The notes beneath the pieces were generated by a model that saw only the letters and a list, made by a program, of their open reading frames with translations, searched no databases and was not told the origin of the DNA. A DNA stretch of 56,234 nt, the filler included, from Sphacelaria rigidula (lineage: Eukaryota): NCBI GenBank assembly GCA_964200075.2. It is 5 parts of 5 records of this genome, joined end to end, with 100 filler letters (N's around TTAATTAATTAA, not from the genome) between each part and the next. Parts side by side here need not be neighbours in the genome. Positions count along the whole stretch, not along the records: positions 22,537 to 33,703 come from CAXNAA020005292.1; positions 33,804 to 44,969 come from CAXNAA020005293.1; 3 more parts are not named here. One strand, written 5' to 3'. Both the position numbers and the translations under genes were made by a program. Within the stretch, counting starts at the first letter, position 1, and every line of letters starts with the position of its first letter. Below, in pieces: positions 24,800-36,492 of the stretch.

Positions 24800-25361
24800 A
24801 GGGCAGATCGAGTAGAGTATGTACTCTTGATTCAACACACTCTTGAGTTACACACCCGAGCATTTGCTCTACTCGAATTTTGAGCAGGTCTAGTACGGCC
24901 TCCACATCTCTACTCAAATGTCTAGTAGATCAAGTACGACCTCCAATATTTTACCGAAGGGTTGCGTAGGTCGAGTACGGCGTAATGCGGGAGGGGACTG
25001 CGTGCGTAGAGTCCGAAATACGTCAAGATTAACGTTGTTCAGAACCGATCGGGCCGGTTCCTGCAGGTACCACGCCTCTGATCATAATCTCAATACTAAC
25101 CCTCACCTTAACCATTGGGGTGTTCAAATTTCGATGCGGTCCTTCAAGCACGCGGTTGTCTCTCAGTACAACGGTCTCCAACAGTCCGATCAACGCTTGA
25201 TTGTATTCATGGCCTCAAATACTTCTTACAATGTCGAGTAGGCACTCTTATTCATACTCGAGTGTTAAGAGTATCACTTGGGTATGCCCTCAATGCTCTA
25301 CTCAAATTTTGGATAAACTGTGAATGACTGAGTACTGAGTACACTCTACTCGACCTGCATA
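24800..25361. mobile_element. Degenerate MITE rich in TACTC/GAGTA repeats, hosting a nested family G copy
   Basis: GCAGATCGAGTAGAGT pairs with ACTCTACTCGACCTGC. No clear TSD. Confidence 0.55.
24981..25170. mobile_element. Family G MITE, diverged
   Basis: Colinear with 24341-24561. ACGG flanks both ends. Confidence 0.7.
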
Positions 25362-26751
25362 CAGCACATTGTTCGCTTGCTCTTGGGGGTTACCGCGATA
25401 CCAAATCCATTCCTAACGGGTCTATTCGTCCTCCTGTATTTTAGTGGGGGATGATTTCCAGGCACTCGGCCTCAACAAACTGTTATGTCAAACATATGCT
25501 ATAAGCATCAAAATCGATTCACCGGACTGCAACTTTGATCATGACCAGCTTAATCCGACTCCGCTGGCTGTCAATATGATCGCATCCAAGTAGTAAATAT
25601 CACCCATCCCCCATGCCATATGCCACTCATGAGGGATTTCAACAGGGTATGCTCATGAACTAGCGGAGTTGAGTTGGATTGCCCCCCCTTGTACCCACCC
25701 TACCCGAGCAAATTGGCTTGTCAAGTAAGATTAATGCATCGGATGACGCAAAGGGAGAAGAAAGACCCGAAACATTCAAAGCTGAGGTACGCTTAATGAA
25801 ATATCGCGAGTGTCGATGCACGGACAATGAAGACCCTCCTCATGTTCCGCCCGGCTGGCGATGGCCCCAGCGTAGCTATCCCACCCACGTGTTACAATCA
25901 TCGAATCCATGTGTGATGATAACATGTACACTCAATAGTAGCTGGAAGTACCCTTCAAACATTTCTCTCGAGAGAGAACTAACAACGAAATTCATCAAAG
26001 AGTCGGGGCGAAAATAACCCATTTCACGTTCCTATCGTCCAGATAATACGCTCAGATGCGAAACAGTTCCGGGTTACGATCTTGGAGGATCAAGTTATAC
26101 ACCCAGATGTTTGACAACGTTTACATCATCTCCGATAGGGGCACGTCGTGTTCTCACTCTGTTACGCGTTGTCGTGGTACAATGTCATGTTAATTCTTGC
26201 TTATTTCGACTGATTACTTGGTACAATTATTCTGTAGGCAGAGAACGATACAACGGTTCAAAATCAGCAGCGCCGTCCCGTACATCATATTCCAGCGTCC
26301 CCAGGTGGTTTGCTGTGTGTCGCGATGGTAGACATGCTGAATACGGTCCTGGTAGAACGCCCTGAAGGTCGACCGGGTGAGGTAAACGACGGGGGATGAA
26401 AAAAAGCGATGCGGATGATATGAAAACGGGGTCAAGGTTACCAAACGTTGTGAACTTCGGACGGGTTATGGAGTGCGGGTTGACGCAACACAGTGGACGA
26501 GTATCTCACGCCCGGTCATTCCAGCCATGATCTGTGGAGGTTCGATCTACTTCAAACATTACAGAGGCACGGTACAAGTGTCGCAACCCGGATTCTATAG
26601 ACAACTGAGCAGAGTGATTTCATGATGAGCGATGTTCGATTCCACAGAGAAGCGGTCCCTCAGGCACTTGGTCCTCCCACTCATTACACCCTCACCCCCG
26701 TCGTAGAATGACGCAAAAGTGGGAATCAACTCTTACCGGTGTCGGACTCGG

Positions 26752-26906
26752 TCAGGGGTTGATCGACAACTTCGGGACAAGGTCGTCGTCGAACTTGAAC
26801 AGAGACAACGAGCCAGGTCCACCGCAGGCCACACTATCATCGCCGGTGCACGGTGTCACGCAGTTTGTCGCCATTTCGGTGAGCGCAGCATCCCCGCACA
26901 AGCACC
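26752..26906 (-). CDS. WSC gene terminal coding exon
   Basis: gcag|GGTGC...CCCTGA, CLCGDAA..CVTPCTGDDSVACGGPGSLSLFKF..INP*. Confidence 0.8.
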
Positions 26907-29900
26907 CTGCCCGAAGGAATATGCGTGTAAGACCATCGGTCAGGAAAGAGTTCGCAACTGGTGGCCATCGGCGATGACTCGACCCTCTAAATTCAGGTCA
27001 TTTACACGATGCAGATCATCCGACAAGTATGCAACGTTTCGTCTGCGCAGTACATGAAGTGCTGCGAGGGTGAGTTGACCACGAGATAAAGGGCTCTAGG
27101 CTGGATGTTGGACGACCACGCAGCAAGCTAGCGACCGCTCACCTTCTCCATTCTCTGTGCCGAAGTAGAGGAAGTCGTCGCAGATGTTTGCGCAGCGCTG
27201 TTGGTCACGGTCAGGCGGGCATGGCACGAAGGTCCTTCAGTACAGCAGCGGGCCGAGTTGACTCGTGTCTCGAGTGAAATATGTTCGAATGTGACGTGTC
27301 AAGTCTAATCGGATCGCATTTTTCACGAGGCGATCCGACTTGCAGAGGTGTAGAAAGCCGTTTCTGAAACGATACCCACATTTCTGTTTCAACTGACGTG
27401 CTCAACGTTACTTCTGGGCGATAAGACGGAATCGTACCATAACGACCTGCCGTTACCTCCAGTCATCAACACTACATATCTCACCTCTGCGGTCATCCTC
27501 TCCCAGTTGCGACGAGCTTTTCGAAGCTCAACGTAATCAGCGTCCGGGTTATCCTTGAAGCAGCCGATGAGTGTGGCACCCATAGCTTTGTCATTAGCCG
27601 GGCCAGCTGCGGTAGGGGGCGTTGTCGGAGTCACCGGGGTCACGACTGCCGCCTTTCTCTCGTACACGTTGATGGATCGTCGGCCACCGCAAGCTACTTC
27701 CTCCTTCCCAGCACACGGGTAGTCGCACTCGTCCGACGCCGCTGTGGTGGGCGGCTTCTCGCCGCAGAAGCACTCTGTTGCACGGAGTGAAAAACATTCA
27801 AGTCAGCGGGGTGGACACGAATCAGAACATCGAAAGCAAAGGCTTGTCACGTAGAGCGGTGAGAACGCGTGGTTGCAGGTACCACCTGGGCTGATGTCGG
27901 CCAAAATTCTTGACCTCATGCCTGATGGGAATGTAACTCGACAAGGGTCTGTCGAAAAATTGTGTTTTGAAGGGGGGACGCCCAGCCTGCTTCAGCTAGT
28001 TTTTGGCCGGGGCGTTGGCGTTTGGTCACCTATCTTTCACCGATATCCCTGGCATGCAGACCCGATGAGATTACACGCTGCCCCCCCAAGTTTATCACTT
28101 ACCATGATCATGTTTCTGAGATCATGTTCCGTGTCGTGGGCCGCGAGCAGTCGGGGCAAGTTTGGCGAGGCGTGAGATGTTGTCGCTGCAAGCTGTCGCT
28201 ACCGTGCACTCGTGTGCATACATATGTGAGAATGGTCGGCCTCCGAGGTGGTGGAGCGGGAAAGGAGAAGACGCAAATATACGGACCTTTCAAGGCCCAC
28301 CAGACTTTCCGGTTCTTCTCAGTGTTCACAACCTTCTGCAACGATATCAATAGCGAAAAACACGACGATTGTAAAAAATTGCCCTCCGGGAGGGAAAGGG
28401 GGGCGCTCCCTATCCGAAAATCTCCTCCCGACAGACGCTCGATCACACCCGAGAAATTAGTCATTGCTCACGTTTGAAGGACTTGGTGCCGAAGAAAGGA
28501 AAGCCCTCGCAGACGTCGGAGCAGTACTGGGAAACCGTACACGGACAAGGCAAACGTAGCATCGGTGTCGGTTACCAACTGTCAAATGAGGACAAGGCAA
28601 ACGTAGCATCGGTGTCAGTTACCAACTGTCAAATGAAGTATATGTGATCGTTGAACGTGTTCCAAGAAGAATACCCGGAGAGAACATAGACAATGGGGCA
28701 CTGTAGGAGAGACGCGACTTACCTCCGCGTCCATGTGGCGCCTGTTGGATTCACGGGGTCCGTCTAGTGCACGGTTCCGCTTCGTGTCCTCGAAGCAGCC
28801 ACGACTGGTGGCACCAACCGCCGTGTCCGGTTTCAAAACCTTGAACATGAAGACAGACATGGAGTCATCCCCACCGCAGGCCACCATGCTATTCCCAGAG
28901 CAGGGAATATTACAGTTGGTGGCCCGTTGGGTAGGTGCGTAATCTCCACAGAAGCAGTCTGCGTGGCAGCGCATAGTTTCAAACCGAGGCGAATGAAGCA
29001 AGGAATGAGGATGGGGATTCAGGGTAAGACGGCTGGAAGCGAAGTCCCGAAAGGGGTCCGTCGCACTTCAGACAGGTATACGTCATCCCCACCACGCTCC
29101 GGACCGCTGCAACCTCTCGTAAACCTCACATTAAACCGTTAGCTTCATGGGTTCGAAGCGTCGATCATCTTCACAACTGTGGGAAGTAACATCAACAGTC
29201 ACATTTCGACTTCATTAGTACAAGTGTTACCAGTGGCGAAGATCGAATAGTGTACCTTCTCCGTTCGCAGTGCCGAAGTATGCGTACTCGTTGCAGACGT
29301 CCGCACATACCTATCCGCCCACGCATCGGCGCATCGAGGACAACAAAAGAGGTGTATTAGTGCAACATCAGTGAAAACTGTCAGGATACCGGAGTCGACC
29401 GGTATCTCAACAAATACCCGGCATGACGCAAGAAACATGCTTGTATGTTGGCCCATCGTCGACTGTCTCACCCTACACTTATGACCATGTCGCATCACTC
29501 GACCGACCGTCCTCCATGTCACTTTTTCCCGCGGATGGGCGTTCCAGCGAGTTGAACAAACAACCCGGGCGATCAGAGGTTTCAATATGTTTCACTTATT
29601 ACTCGGGAGCAATGGGGTGACACCTCTATGCTCATGGTTGCGAATACAAGTGGGTGATGAGTAGTGGTGTATCCAAGGCTCCTTCAACCTGAATCGAAGT
29701 TGTTCATGAAACCTTCCGCCACCATCCTTTACCAACTTCGTCTTATATCCTGACCACCCTCTGTTCATGTAAACCATGAATGGCTACACCTCACGAGGTG
29801 AAGTCACGTTGCATGTTGAACGTTCATGGACTACACCCCCCGGGGCAAAATCAGATTCCATGCTGCACCCTGCTCCCGTTCATCTCATCATGGTTTACCC

Positions 29901-30420
29901 CTCGAGGGCGTCCAGGACTTTCGACAGACGCAACTCGTTGAAAGCAACCATGTGCGGTGAGGCCAAAGCGAACAAGAAAATAAGTCAGTCCTAGATCGGT
30001 CCATGGGTAAAGTGAGTTAGCTGGATCTCTCGGTCATGAATTGCTTTTACTGGGCCACGGGAACATGAGGGGGGCTTCCCACCCTGTTCTTCTCATCTCC
30101 GCATTTTCCGCTCGTGGAAGACCATTTCGCGTGTGCAATGAATCACTTGCAGGCTTGGCCTCCCTTTGGCCGGCGAAACCGACCACCGTCCTGACCCGGG
30201 AGGGCGTGATGAAGGCTAGGACACAGTCTTACCCCAACTCGGGTCCGAGATCCGGATACTGACTTGGTACCGAAGCTTTTACCTCGGCATCCATGTCTCG
30301 CCGGCTGCGACGCCCACGTCGTAGCTCAGTGTAACTCTCATCATCCACGAAACATCCTTGGTACATGGCGTCGACAACCGTGTCGGCGGCGGTCACGGTC
30401 GTCGCAGGTGCAGGGGTTAC
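26752..30420 (-). CDS. Multi-exon triple-WSC-domain protein (5'-partial, ~327 aa from 7 exons)
   Basis: Exons 30420-30283, 29310-29256, 28958-28723, 28526-28472, 27774-27485, 27197-27143 and 26906-26752. All introns are GT-AG, phases are consistent, and the total is 984 nt ending in TGA. Three GCFxD..M(D/T)AExCxxxC..(Y/F)FGT..CxCG..CxxPCxG..CGG units with Thr/Pro linkers. Confidence 0.88.
27143..27197 (-). CDS. WSC gene 55-nt exon
   Basis: acag|CGCTGC...GGAGAAG|gtgag, RCANICDDFLYFGTENGE. Confidence 0.8.
27485..27774 (-). CDS. WSC gene exon (end of WSC2, linker, start of WSC3)
   Basis: acag|AGTGC...GCAGAG|gtgag, 290 nt, CFCGEK..CDYPCAG..CGG..GCFKD..MTAE. Confidence 0.85.
28472..28526 (-). 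CDS. WSC gene 55-nt exon
   Basis: ccag|TACTGC...TTCAAAC|gtgag, YCSDVCEGFPFFGTKSFK. Confidence 0.8.
28543..28636. repeat. 47-bp direct tandem duplication in a WSC intron
   Basis: GGACAAGGCAAACGTAGCATCGGTGTC(G/A)GTTACCAACTGTCAAATGA twice. Confidence 0.9.
28723..28958 (-). CDS. WSC gene exon (end of WSC1, start of WSC2)
   Basis: gcag|AC...GAG|gtaagt, 236 nt, CFCGDY..CNIPCSGNSMVACGG..GCFEDT..MDAE. Confidence 0.85.
29256..29310 (-). CDS. WSC gene 55-nt exon
   Basis: atag|GTATGT...GGAGAAG|gtac, VCADVCNEYAYFGTANGE. Confidence 0.8.
30283..30420 (-). CDS. WSC gene exon 1 visible (linker and start of WSC1)
   Basis: ttcag|GTAACC...GCCGAG|gtaaa, 138 nt, VTPAPATT...YQGCFVDD...MDAE. Confidence 0.82.
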
Positions 30421-30838
30421 CTGAAACGGGAAGGCGGCAGCCGCATGCATCACAGGAATAGTAAGCCTGGCCGAAACCACATAATGACCACTCGGGTCGC
30501 CCTGAAGCTAAGCTACCTTCACCTCCACTCCCGTGGGGCAGGCTGGCGGACGGTGCCATTTTACCGTGTAGTGTGGTGTTATTATTTCAAGAGCACCAAC
30601 ACACAGTGCGCGGTTTTCATCGACGTCAAGTGTCGCGACGTTCGTGAAGAGTATGTACGAAGAACCCAACTCTGCGTTTCGGCCTGTTCACACGGAAGCA
30701 TCAAGCTACGAAGCTCGTGCATCTGGGGACACGCCATGTTTCGAGGTGGAAGTCACGGTTCCGAAACGACACAACACTCGCAACATCTGTCAATTGAAGA
30801 CAACCTCATATGGAGGAGCTGAATCCTTGGCTGAAAAG

Positions 30839-31039
30839 TGTAATGCGTGAGGGGGCCGCGTGCTTGTTGGACCGCATCGAGGTTCAAAATATCCTCGAAC
30901 TGGTATTTATGAAGACCGCTAGAGCCAGTCCCTGCTGGGACCGCGCCCCTGATCCTGCTCCTGCCCACAGCCATGACCATGGCGGTGTTTAAACTCCGAT
31001 GCGGTTCAGAAAGACGGGGTCTCATCAAGGGTCTCTACA
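30839..31039. mobile_element. Family G MITE, diverged
   Basis: Starts TGTAATGCGTGAGGGGGCCGCG, body colinear with 24341-24561. Confidence 0.65.
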
Positions 31040-31078
31040 AGAGGCCCCTCTCCTTATTCGTCCCAGTAGGTTTATAAC

Positions 31079-31463
31079 GTCACGCCACGGTGGTGAATTG
31101 GTCAGACCGTCGCCATTAGGATGGAAAGAACAAGAGTTCAATTTCCGAAACGTTGTTTCTTCTTTGCCATGTTGTCTAGTTTCCACCGTGGGAAGCGTGA
31201 GCACGTGAGTAAACAAAGCAGTCGACTGAGTTTGGTTCACGTGAGATGACGCTGAGCGGGGGTGCTGACTCAATCCGCGAGGCCAAGATGCGAGACGTGT
31301 ACCGGGGGAGGGGGCGTACTCATTTGTTGCTTGCCTTAGTCGTTTGACCATTGACCACGCATCCCTTTCGAGACGGAGCGTACCGGGGGAGGGATGGGTT
31401 GATCGTTCAAAGACCACGGACTCATCCCGAGGAAGGGGAGGGGTAAACGTGCGATAAATAAAA
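31079..31463 (+). mobile_element. tRNA-derived SINE, family S2, with an ~80-bp internal insertion
   Basis: A box TGGTGAATTGG, B box GAGTTCAATTTCC. Colinear with 16519-16829. Confidence 0.75.
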
Positions 31464-31680
31464 TTATGAAACAATGATGAGTAGGGATCTCTTCCGTCCT
31501 TCGGAAACGTATTGCTGGGGAAAATACAAGCACTGGAAATTCAGCAAGATTCGTCGTCAGTGAAATCGATACCTTGCCTGATCTTGTTAAGGACTCTGCA
31601 CCTATTTCTCTCGGAGCACCGTAAACTTCCACAAAGTTCAATCGAAACTGGCCTCAGATTTCTTCGAAAACGGACGTCTG

Positions 31681-31863
31681 TGTAATGCGTGAGAGGACAG
31701 CGTGCTTAGAGGACCGCATCGGAGATTGAACATCCCCATGGTTAGGGTTAGTGTTGGGGTTATGGTCAGGGGCGTGGTACCTGAAGGGACAGGCCCGATT
31801 GGTTTTGTAAAACATCGATCCTGCGGTGTTTTGAACTACGGCGCGGTCCTCTCACGCATTACA
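31681..31863. mobile_element. Family G MITE, cleanest copy (183 bp)
   Basis: 22-bp TIRs (21 of 22 match), TG...CA ends, exact 5-bp TSD GTCTG. Opposite orientation to the 24341 copy. Confidence 0.9.
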
Positions 31864-32455
31864 GTCTGCATTATGTTCCCCAGACGGATCACAGATTACA
31901 TTGTTCAGGAAAAGCAACATGTTAAGAAAATGCCCCGGCCCCAGATCTGACCTCAGGTTCAGATATGCGGGTCCGAGGTGTCCATAATAATCTGTATTGC
32001 TACAGAAAAGACCAACAAAGCATGCATATAAAAATTAACGAAACCGTGTCGTTGCTGACCCTTAGTAGGCGTGTGCTGTGAGCATGTCCCACACAATTAT
32101 TCCGCAATAAATTTTGAGAAGATTTGAGCAAAGTCACGCACGATGTGCTTAGCTGGTGAGCAGTTACAGCTCGAGCTGTGTGTTCCTCAGTTTCATCTCT
32201 CAATGTGCTGGGTTGGGTTGTAGGCCTTGGCATGTGCCCCTGTTAACGGGACATGCATGTTCCCTGTCGAGGTGTCCGGAAATCGCCTCTTCAAAAGGGG
32301 ATTTCGGGGAGTTCAGCGAGTGTTTTTCCACTCCCTGAAATCCTTCCACAAGGGGATTTTTGGACATGTGTTGTGGTGAGATATCACAGCCATCAATCAC
32401 CTCTTGTTTTCGAGAATAAAAGGAATTCTGAAAAAAAAAGGAAATCTGCGTAGTG

Positions 32456-32483
32456 TTAGGGTTAGGGTTAGGGTTAGGGTTAG
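32456..32483 (+). repeat. Interstitial telomere-like (TTAGGG)4TTAG
   Basis: Read directly from the sequence. Confidence 0.85.
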
Positions 32484-32709
32484 TGAGAAGCCATAATGTA
32501 TTGCTCGTCTCGTGCCGTCGCTTCCCGGCCGTGAATACGGGTCTTCACGTACGCACGGACGGTGGCGGATAGCACATTTCAGTCAGTGTACGTGCGATCT
32601 TGGAGGGAAGATGCCGAGTGAGATCAACTCCCCGACAGAGAAGAGTGCGGAAGCGGAAGACGTGTGTACGAGCTGGGACAGCCCAACAACACTGTAGCGG
32701 AAGACGTGT

Positions 32710-33295
32710 ACGGATTCAAAATCTCAAAGTAATATCTCATCGACATAGATGAGTTGGGTCACGATCCGCATCTTGTATTGATCGTCCAATCAAGGGGAAG
32801 GTGCCTATCTGCTCCAATATCTGGGCCATTTTTTCCCTCTTTTTTTTTGAATGAACCTCATGTCCTGAAATTCCTGTGCCGAACGGAGATAGCGTCCGGA
32901 CAAAAATCTACATGAAACCCCAAACGATTTTTGAGATGAGGCCTAAAAGCAATGTTCATCTCTCCTCGAATCTCCCCGAAAAACACGAATGGAATGGGGA
33001 AAAAACGAAAAAAAGTAAAAGAGCTGTGTTTTCTTCATTTCATAATGCACTGGCGGTTCTCCATACCAAATTTCACAGCACAACCCATCAACTGAGACGC
33101 GATATTCAGATTGAGGGCACCAAGTGCTTACTCTCGTGATATACTGATTCTAGTATGTGGAATCTCACGCCCGCCATATCTCGAGATGGATAGCGAATTA
33201 GGTGAAGGTGAGGGTATCCGTCGTCTCCCTGTTCTCCAGGAAATGTCTACACCAAAAATCGTCATCATCCGCTGTATGTTTCGTTCGTGATTTCA
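32710..33295. repeat. Dispersed repeat family A, internally inverted copy
   Basis: 32710-32927 is antiparallel to 21960-22160, whereas 32930-33295 is parallel to 21630-21975. Confidence 0.65.
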
Positions 33296-33703
33296 TTTAC
33301 GGTAGTGGGCGGTCTAACTATTCATTTCGTGGCATTTTGTGAATTTTTCGTGATTGGCGATTTCTTGGGCTCTTTTCGCTCGCCACCTCTCATCACATCG
33401 GGGATCTGAAGATATTTGTATCCGCTCCACATTTCAAGAAGAAAAAGCATCTATACTCAATATTGAGCGACTTACGGGCTGACCGGTCATCGGGGGTCCT
33501 GCCACGTTTTAGCCCGGGTTCTTACTCTTGTTGTGGCCTGATTATATTTCTCAAGAAATGTACAGTTTCGTTTTTCGAAAGTCTGCCTGCTTATTACACT
33601 AGGGCCGAAAAACTGTGTTTTACAGTCATCACCACAAGCAGAGCAGGCGGCTAGTTTTCGTTGAGGGTGGAATATTTTCGTCTGTTGGGTTTCTGGTACA
33701 GAC

Positions 33704-33803
33704 NNNNNNNNNNNNNNNNNNNNNNNNNNNNNNNNNNNNNNNNNNNNTTAATTAATTAANNNNNNNNNNNNNNNNNNNNNNNNNNNNNNNNNNNNNNNNN
33801 NNN
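33704..33803. other. Artificial contig spacer
   Basis: N44-TTAATTAATTAA-N44. Confidence 0.95.
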
Positions 33804-34550
33804 CACAACTCAACCATCAGAAGGTTACGAGGTTACCAACTGAGCCACCGGGGCGACCGGCTCCGAATCGGCGCCAAAATTGCCGCGAAGACAAAATCCG
33901 CACAGCTCATGATAGCTGGTTTCAGACTGAATAGAGTGCCTCACATGGGCCAAATTGGCCAAAACGATTCTAAGCGTGGGACTTTCCAGCTGTGCTCGAT
34001 GTGCCGGGCTGTTGTCATTTTGATTCACGTGTAGATGTTGCTTGCTCAAACCAACCACTTTTTTGGCGGGGGTCTTTCCCGGCATCGCTCATCTGATGGA
34101 AACGGTAGTCGATGTGTGTGTGTGATGTGTGTGATGTGGGTGCCTGCAGTACGTACCGTGCTGTACTGTTATTAGTATAATTTTAATCAATTGATTTGAT
34201 TCACCTCGACTTGTGAGCGGGACTGACACACACCGCGAGTCTCGAACCGTCTGGTTTCATATGTTACGATTCCCCATCGGCCATCTGGTTTGCATCTGCA
34301 CAAGGATATCCTGGTGTGTACCAATGTACCGCGCAGATATCGGAACGGCTTTTAATGTGAAGACAACAACAACAACAACAATCCTCCCCCGTGCCACTTT
34401 GGTGGCAACCTCAAAGCGTGCCTCCAACCCTCCGCGCCTTCCCAAGATTTGTGCGATTGTATACGATACGTTGTCGTGCACGGCATACTGCTGTACCGCA
34501 GCACGAAGGGATTTCAGTTTCGCAGGTACAGCGCGGGAGTAGACGAAGGG

Positions 34551-34798
34551 TGCTACGGTAGGGGTACACAAATATTTTCTGAGGTTAGAATTGTTAAGAG
34601 CCTCTTATTTCATCCGAAACACGACTTATGAAAATATGCAAGAGCACGCCAGGATTACTATTCCAATGTGTTGGGGATATCCCGAATTAATCTGCAAACG
34701 GGGATGTCCTGATCCATATTCTTGTGCGTATAGAATCGTCGTTAGGAGCCCCTGAACCAGACAAAATTTCGCGAAAAAAGTGCACCCCTACCGTAGCA
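34551..34798. mobile_element. MITE with (TGCTA)CGGTAGGGGT TIRs, possibly Tc1/mariner-type TA target
   Basis: TGCTACGGTAGGGGTACAC pairs with GTGCACCCCTACCGTAGCA. Confidence 0.7.
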
Positions 34799-35490
34799 TT
34801 GCTCAGACCGTCGTTTACCTCTACCCTATCCCTCACGACATGCGCGTGTCCATCTGACTGACTGAAAATCGCCCGGAAAGTGCCTGCCCGGCCCAGGCAT
34901 CTACCTACCGGCGTTGGAAGGTTGAAACAGAACAGAACAGAAGACGAAAAAGTACAAGCGCTGGCGCCATATATGATTTTTGGCCGATTTTCTCGTGGAT
35001 TGGGTGTCGCATATTGAGTGATCCCGCGATAGCTCCCCACCAAACCAGCCCCACAATTGCCACGAAGAAAACGGTCATACGGCGTATGACAGCCCGTTTC
35101 AGACTTCGTGAAGCCCCTCATATACGGGCGACATTAGCGAAAGCGATCCCAAGCATGGGAGTTCCCAGCTGTTCGGTGTCCTCGGCTTTCGTCATTTTGT
35201 TCAACAAGTTTACATTCCGTCTCCTCAAATCAGCCATTTTCCTGGAGGGGGCGGTTATTGCGGTATCGCTCATTTGACCCGCTGCGGATGAGTCTAGCCG
35301 CGCATTATCATGGGGTGGACGGACCCGAGGTGAATGAGGGGAACACTACTACAGAAGCCAAACGAAAACCGGTCGGTTGGGAAAAAGAGACCACAACATG
35401 AGGGGAAATGGGTTGAAATTGACGAACAGAAAAGTGGAGAGAACGGAAAGGCAAGAAGAACAAACTCACGTGCTTCGTCGCTAAGGGCCG

Positions 35491-35655
35491 TTATTAACGG
35501 GCTTTATTTTTCTTCCATTTTCACCCGCCACCTTAATCCATTCTCACCCATTTCAATCCATTTCCATCTAGTTCATGATGAAATCTGAATGAAAATGGAT
35601 GGAAACGGATTAACATGAATGGATGAAAGGTATGCTCAATAAAACCCCGTAATAA
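35491..35655. mobile_element. AT-rich foldback MITE
   Basis: TTATTAACGGGCTTTATT pairs with AATAAAACCCCGTAATAA. Left half rich in TCCATT, right half in AATGGA. Confidence 0.6.
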
Positions 35656-36143
35656 AGAGTCTCGGAAAACGCTTCTTCTTCATTTCAGAGTGCAAATATC
35701 TCAGGATTAGAGGGCAGAATATAAGTAAAAAACTCACCGGAAAAAAGTAAAGGGGATACTACATTTGACGGAGGGGGGAAGTATTTTTCGTTACGCTCTG
35801 ATCCTGAGATATTTGCACTCTCAAATAACAAGATGACAGAAAAAAACGTTTTCCGAGACTTGCTGATGAGAGCCCGAACCAGTGCTACTTGTTGCCGATA
35901 CGCCCCTTGCAGGGCTTTTGGTAGGGTTGGTTGAGACGGCAAGAAGAATCGAACGTACGTCGTGGAAGTAGGTTGTCGCGATTCAGCTACCTGGAAACTG
36001 CATGGCTCACGAATCATGCGGTCGGAACTCTCGGCCGCCTGCTCTTCGCAACAAGAGAGTCAAACACCATTGCATCCCGCGACAACAAAGTGCATTGTTT
36101 TTGGCACACAATACAAGTAAGTATATCTGACCGGAGGCGATCA

Positions 36144-36381
36144 TGCTACGGTAGGGGTGCACGAAACATGATCTGGGTCGGCGTACTGGCGTCACATAAA
36201 GATTCTCACACACTCACATTAGTACAGGTAAGACGAAATTGGGTCTGAACGTGAGGAGATCTTCTTCTCGAAGTCAAATGTTACAAATTATTGTGAAAAT
36301 ATATATGTCGTTGTCTCGTTTCACAACGTGAACATACCTTCAGACAAGTTTCGGCAATAAAAACGTACCCCTACCGTATCA
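36144..36381. mobile_element. Second MITE with CGGTAGGGGT TIRs
   Basis: TGCTACGGTAGGGGTGCAC pairs with GTACCCCTACCGTATCA. Confidence 0.65.
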
Positions 36382-36492
36382 TAGCATGACTCATCGAATT
36401 ATCCCTTCAACAGCCGATCATCGAAATTGAGGATGCAGCTTTTCATTGAGGATGAGAAGCCGGAGGATTCAAACTTTCGTATAGCAGCTGAA

